DNA of 36,179 nucleotides, counting the filler, from Stramenopiles sp. TOSAG23-3 (lineage: Eukaryota), in NCBI GenBank assembly GCA_900128585.1. It is 18 parts of 18 records of this genome, joined end to end, with 100 filler letters (N's around TTAATTAATTAA, not from the genome) between each part and the next. Parts side by side here need not be neighbours in the genome. Positions count along the whole stretch, not along the records: positions 32,267 to 34,173 come from LT645252.1; positions 34,274 to 36,179 come from LT645253.1; 16 more parts are not named here. The stretch is one strand, 5' to 3'. The notes beneath the pieces were generated by a model. That model was given only the letters and a program-made list of their open reading frames with translations, ran no database searches and was not told the origin of the DNA. The position numbers and the translations under genes were made by a program. Positions within the stretch are counted from its first letter, which is position 1. Each line of letters opens with the position of its first letter. This document shows positions 32,521 to 36,179 of the stretch, one piece after another.

Positions 32521-32680
32521 CAAGAAAGAAAGAAAGAAGAAGAAGAAAGAAGAAAGAAAGAAGAACGAAAGAACGAAAGAAAGAAAGAACGAAAGTACGA
32601 AAGAATGAAAGTACGAAAGAACAAAAGTACGAAAGGAAGAAAGGATGACGAAAGAAATAAGAAAAGAAAGAAGAAGAATC
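32521..32680. repeat. Purine-rich low-complexity repeat (GAAA / ACGAAAGA units)
   Basis: Degenerate tandem units upstream of the saposin-like gene. Confidence 0.7.
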
Positions 32681-32845
32681 GAAAGCATTTTTTCTCCTCA
32701 TTTTCAAATTGTTGACACAGTACTACACTAAAACCTAAAACACAAACGGACATTGTTTACTGTCGGGCAAGGAAACAAACGTCCATTTCTTCTTCCAATT
32801 TCATGCACCAAACACTTGGCGACAATCGAAAACCGTCTTCCAGCC

Positions 32846-33592
32846 ATGCGTCTCTCCTCAGCTATATTTTGCGTATTGTTGCTTGCAGGGGTGCGGTGCA
32901 CCGGCTCAACGACGATTCAAGTCGGTGGTGCTGAAAGTGGAATGGCACAAGTGAATGATAAGATGAAGCTTCAGATGAAAGCTAAACGGTTAGCGGAAGA
33001 AAAGACAGAGTTCGTCATCAATAGTAAAGAGGAGCTCGTGGCCATCATGGACTGCACGGCGTGCAAACGGGTCGTGATGTCACTGAGCAACAGGATCATC
33101 GGAAGAATTTCGTCCAATCAGTATGCGGGTGGGGACACGGAGCCGATAATAACCAAGTTGATCCGGGGGGTATGCAGCACGGACTCTATCAAAAAGACGA
33201 GGGAGATTGTAACGGCTTGCGAGGAGTTTATCGGCGACGCCGAGGACATTCTCATCGAACAGTTCTTCCCAAGAACCCAGGAAGACGACGATTTGTTCGA
33301 AGAAACGTTCCCGGTGACAAATTTTTGCCGCACGGAAACGACGTTCTGTCCGCCCGGCACGAAGTCCCTGGACGAACTGCTGGGCGGTCGCATCGACGAG
33401 CAGGACATTGCAAAGGAGGAGGCCCAGAAATCGAAGCGAAAGAAAGCTGCCAAGAAGAGGAGGAAGAAGGAAAAGAAGAAGAAGCGAAAGAAAGAGGAGA
33501 AGAAGAAGGCGAAAGAGGCCGAGGGGGGCACGGAGACGAAGCGCCGTCGGCGAACCCGGCAGCGCGTTCGAAACAAGAAACCAGAACTGTAA
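32846..33592 (+). CDS. Saposin-fold / Canopy (CNPY)-like secretory-pathway protein with Lys-rich tail
   Basis: Signal peptide MRLSSAIFCVLLLAGVRC; six-Cys saposin spacing (CTACKRVV..GVCS..TACEEFIGDAEDILIEQF..FCRTETTFC); polybasic tail ending KPEL (KDEL-like). Confidence 0.7.
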   Translation: MRLSSAIFCVLLLAGVRCTGSTTIQVGGAESGMAQVNDKMKLQMKAKRLAEEKTEFVINSKEELVAIMDCTACKRVVMSLSNRIIGRISSNQYAGGDTEPIITKLIRGVCSTDSIKKTREIVTACEEFIGDAEDILIEQFFPRTQEDDDLFEETFPVTNFCRTETTFCPPGTKSLDELLGGRIDEQDIAKEEAQKSKRKKAAKKRRKKEKKKKRKKEEKKKAKEAEGGTETKRRRRTRQRVRNKKPEL

Positions 33593-34295
33593 ATATGGCG
33601 GAAGCGAGGGGTAGGAACGTGGTGGTAAGGTGGGTAAACGGCAAGATATGTCCGTTCGTTGTTAAGCCTGTTGAGCAGGGAAGAGGGGAAGAAAAAACTA
33701 GAGTCCAGTCTGTAGTAAAGAGAAATTGATGTCAGGGTTACAACACAATATGAAAGAGTGTATCATATTATATATGTACTCGTCAAACTATATCATTGTT
33801 TTTTTTTGTATCATACTCGTCAAACTAAATTTGCTGTGCCGACGACCTAACATCACCGGCAAACGCCAGATTCTAAAAGGTTCGGACTCAAAGGTAAGGG
33901 GGTGTGTAGATCTTCAAGAATTTTCTTAAAAATTAATCGAATTAAACGAAAAATGTTTGATAGAATTATCTGTTTTCTAAAGGAAGCTTTCCCGCCCACT
34001 ACTTTACTTTACCCTCCTGCCCCCCAAGCCCCCCAGCCTTAAAATTTGCAATGCGCCGACTTCCGTTTATTCCTGCGCTATCATACTACACTTTCCCTCA
34101 CTCGAACTCTCGGACAACAACCTTCTTCCGCTCCCGCTCCTTCACGACTGAACCCTCCTTGCTGTGCGTCTCTNNNNNNNNNNNNNNNNNNNNNNNNNNN
34201 NNNNNNNNNNNNNNNNNTTAATTAATTAANNNNNNNNNNNNNNNNNNNNNNNNNNNNNNNNNNNNNNNNNNNNCTTCGAGCACAAGAGACGCGTT

Positions 34296-36002
34296 TTACT
34301 GCTCTACGAAAGACGTGGCAACTCTAATTTCATTATCACTGGAAAAGCAGTACATTCTGTACGCAGTTGCGGATGACGATGGGTCATGGTTTGCCACCAT
34401 TGGCTCGGGAGACACAACCGAGCGGAGTATGTACTCACGGTTATGCGGAGCCAAGCCGTCTAGCTTTGACGTAGACCGTTCTATGGAGCGCCGCTCTGCC
34501 TCCCCGACAACTTGCACAGGATAGTTCCCTTCCGACCGAAGCAGTGCATTGACAAGACGAAACTGTGCTGGAAAATGAGCCAGCAACGCCGTCGCGATAC
34601 TAAGTTGTTTTTCCATCTCCTTAACATTTGGTGGGCTTTGGGAAAATACCAGATCGAGAGAAGGGAGTTTGTCCATGTTCTTTATTGCAACGGAGTTGGC
34701 GTGCCTAAGAGTTTCTACATGTGTCATATCTTTGGTGGACTTTCGCTTCTCCAGCTCCTCAAGGGTCCCGCAAGCATCTTGAAAATCATCGTCGCTGTCG
34801 TCTTCTTCGAGTTCTTCATCCTCTGCCGACTCCGCTCGACTGTCTTTCTCACCGTCGTCGTCTGCCGCAGGGCCTTCACTGGACGCTGGCATGACGGCAC
34901 TGCTACTGCTTGGATCACGATGGATGTTATGTGCCAATGATTGAAAGTACAACTGACTGGCGATGGGCAAATCGATATTGTTTTTGCACTGTACCCGAAC
35001 GAACCATTCCGGAGCCTGGCTAGCAACAAGATCTGTGTACGTTTCATTGTCGACAAAGGTTCCGGCCGCAAATCTGGGCCATGCAACATACACCGTTATG
35101 GTCTCAATCGGGTCGTCTAGCGGGCCCCAGTCACCCGGGCTTCTCCACCAACTCCTCGCTCTACCATTATCTTTGCTATCGATTTCATTTTTGCGTGAGC
35201 TGGAACCCACCAACCGCTCGAAGAGAGACGAGATGGAGAACCTCCAACTGTGGCGCACCGAAATGGTAGTCCGCAGACTCCCGGAGGCGTAGGCATTTAT
35301 TTTCTCTAGGAACATCGACGTTACTGTTGACAAAGTGGAAAAAGAACGAGGCGGCCGATGCAAATTTTTGCTGGAGTCAAACTTTATACTTGACCCACCG
35401 TTTCCACCAGGCACGGCAATCCCTAAGTAGTCCGGCACAGTCCCAACTGCGACAAAAACGGGAAGAGTACACTGCACGTTTCCAAGCGCAATACCAACGC
35501 CGTTCAACAAAAATCGGGATAAGGACGGGGGCAAAAACATCGAGTGCGAAGAATCTGGTAAAGTCAGAGTCAAAAACTCTTGCACTCCAAAATATCGACG
35601 CAGCGCATGACAGTGTGGGGATAGATCCGAGCTCATCAAGGTTGGCGGCGCATCCAAGAGGGACAGCATTGACGGGGTCAAGTGCTTCAATTTAGGGTTC
35701 GACCACTGTGGGGAATATGTGGGGACTTTCTCCCCATCGGAAGTTGGGGACGACGGGTTGCACTCTGAGATGCTGCGGGCGATGCTATTGGCATCCGTTA
35801 CCGACATGAAATTGTACAGAGATATGTGCCATTTCATACTATCGTACTCCAACAATTTTGTCTGTACAGTAGGCGTTGCACCTGGAACTGTGCCTTGGTG
35901 CGCAAGCTTCCACCCCCGAAGGATGTCTTCCACCGAGGCAACGTACGCCTCGAACGAAGTAGCATGGGTATGGTCTACCCACTCATCGTCAAACGCCGCC
36001 AT
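34296..36002 (-). CDS. RAB3GAP1: Rab3 GTPase-activating protein catalytic subunit-like protein, apparently lacking the central catalytic domain
   Basis: DHTHATSFEAYVASVEDILRGWKL, WGPLDDPIETITVYVAWP..FVDNETYTDLVASQAPEWFVRV and C-terminal REYILRS..RMYCFSSDNEIRVATSF resemble the conserved N-terminal, middle and C-terminal blocks of RAB3GAP1; only 568 aa. Confidence 0.75.
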   Translation of the reverse strand: MAAFDDEWVDHTHATSFEAYVASVEDILRGWKLAHQGTVPGATPTVQTKLLEYDSMKWHISLYNFMSVTDANSIARSISECNPSSPTSDGEKVPTYSPQWSNPKLKHLTPSMLSLLDAPPTLMSSDLSPHCHALRRYFGVQEFLTLTLPDSSHSMFLPPSLSRFLLNGVGIALGNVQCTLPVFVAVGTVPDYLGIAVPGGNGGSSIKFDSSKNLHRPPRSFSTLSTVTSMFLEKINAYASGSLRTTISVRHSWRFSISSLFERLVGSSSRKNEIDSKDNGRARSWWRSPGDWGPLDDPIETITVYVAWPRFAAGTFVDNETYTDLVASQAPEWFVRVQCKNNIDLPIASQLYFQSLAHNIHRDPSSSSAVMPASSEGPAADDDGEKDSRAESAEDEELEEDDSDDDFQDACGTLEELEKRKSTKDMTHVETLRHANSVAIKNMDKLPSLDLVFSQSPPNVKEMEKQLSIATALLAHFPAQFRLVNALLRSEGNYPVQVVGEAERRSIERSTSKLDGLAPHNREYILRSVVSPEPMVANHDPSSSATAYRMYCFSSDNEIRVATSFVEQ

Positions 36003-36179
36003 TGTGTATACACCAACCAATGTCTATGTACCACTTTGTTTACAAAATTGTTTTCAAACAAAACCTCCTACTTTTAAAAATTTAAATTAGAATGTTAACC
36101 ACAAATCATTATACTTTCTAAGTAACTTCTATTCTGAATTTTGAACTAAAAACAAAGTCCCGGTATCGATGATCTATAA

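Noticed and set aside
1926-34273. Regularly spaced TTAATTAATTAA repeats as a CRISPR-like or biological array
   Set aside because: Always embedded in exactly 44+44 Ns between length-sorted contigs; an assembly linker giving stops in six frames.

Overview
This window is not a contiguous locus. It is an artificial concatenation of 18 unrelated contigs of 1,925 down to 1,906 bp, sorted by decreasing length and joined by 17 identical 100-bp linkers (N44-TTAATTAATTAA-N44, stops in all six frames), so gene order across linkers means nothing. The DNA is from a compact, intron-poor microbial eukaryote (GT-AG introns with GCTAAC branch points, AT-rich intergenic DNA); the gene families are compatible with a stramenopile-type protist single-cell or metagenome assembly, but that assignment is inference. 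Recognisable genes, mostly partial: Spinster-like MFS transporter, farnesyltransferase beta, LOR/tubby-C-like protein, organellar prolyl-tRNA synthetase, WSC+papain-fold protein, CRAL-TRIO protein, FYVE protein, Polo kinase, FG-GAP repeat protein, patatin lipase, Tubby, UBE2J/Ubc6 tail, IQ+WW protein, LRR+LNR protein, GT61 glycosyltransferase, tandem-TerD CaaX protein, Pro-rich KDEL protein, saposin/Canopy-like protein and a Rab3GAP1-like protein. No rRNA, tRNA, CRISPR array or transposase was seen. Best leads: (1) a papain-fold protein with a Ser-His-Asn (silicatein-type) triad fused to a WSC domain; (2) a ~27-bp non-coding element on 5 independent contigs, always 3' of genes; (3) an FG-GAP array with near-identical 162-bp units but two hypervariable patches; (4) a FYVE-polyproline-4xWH2-like candidate actin regulator; (5) a tandem TerD protein with a CaaX box; (6) a Rab3GAP1 lacking its catalytic core. 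Several abrupt junctions suggest chimeras or misassembly, so architecture claims need read-level confirmation.
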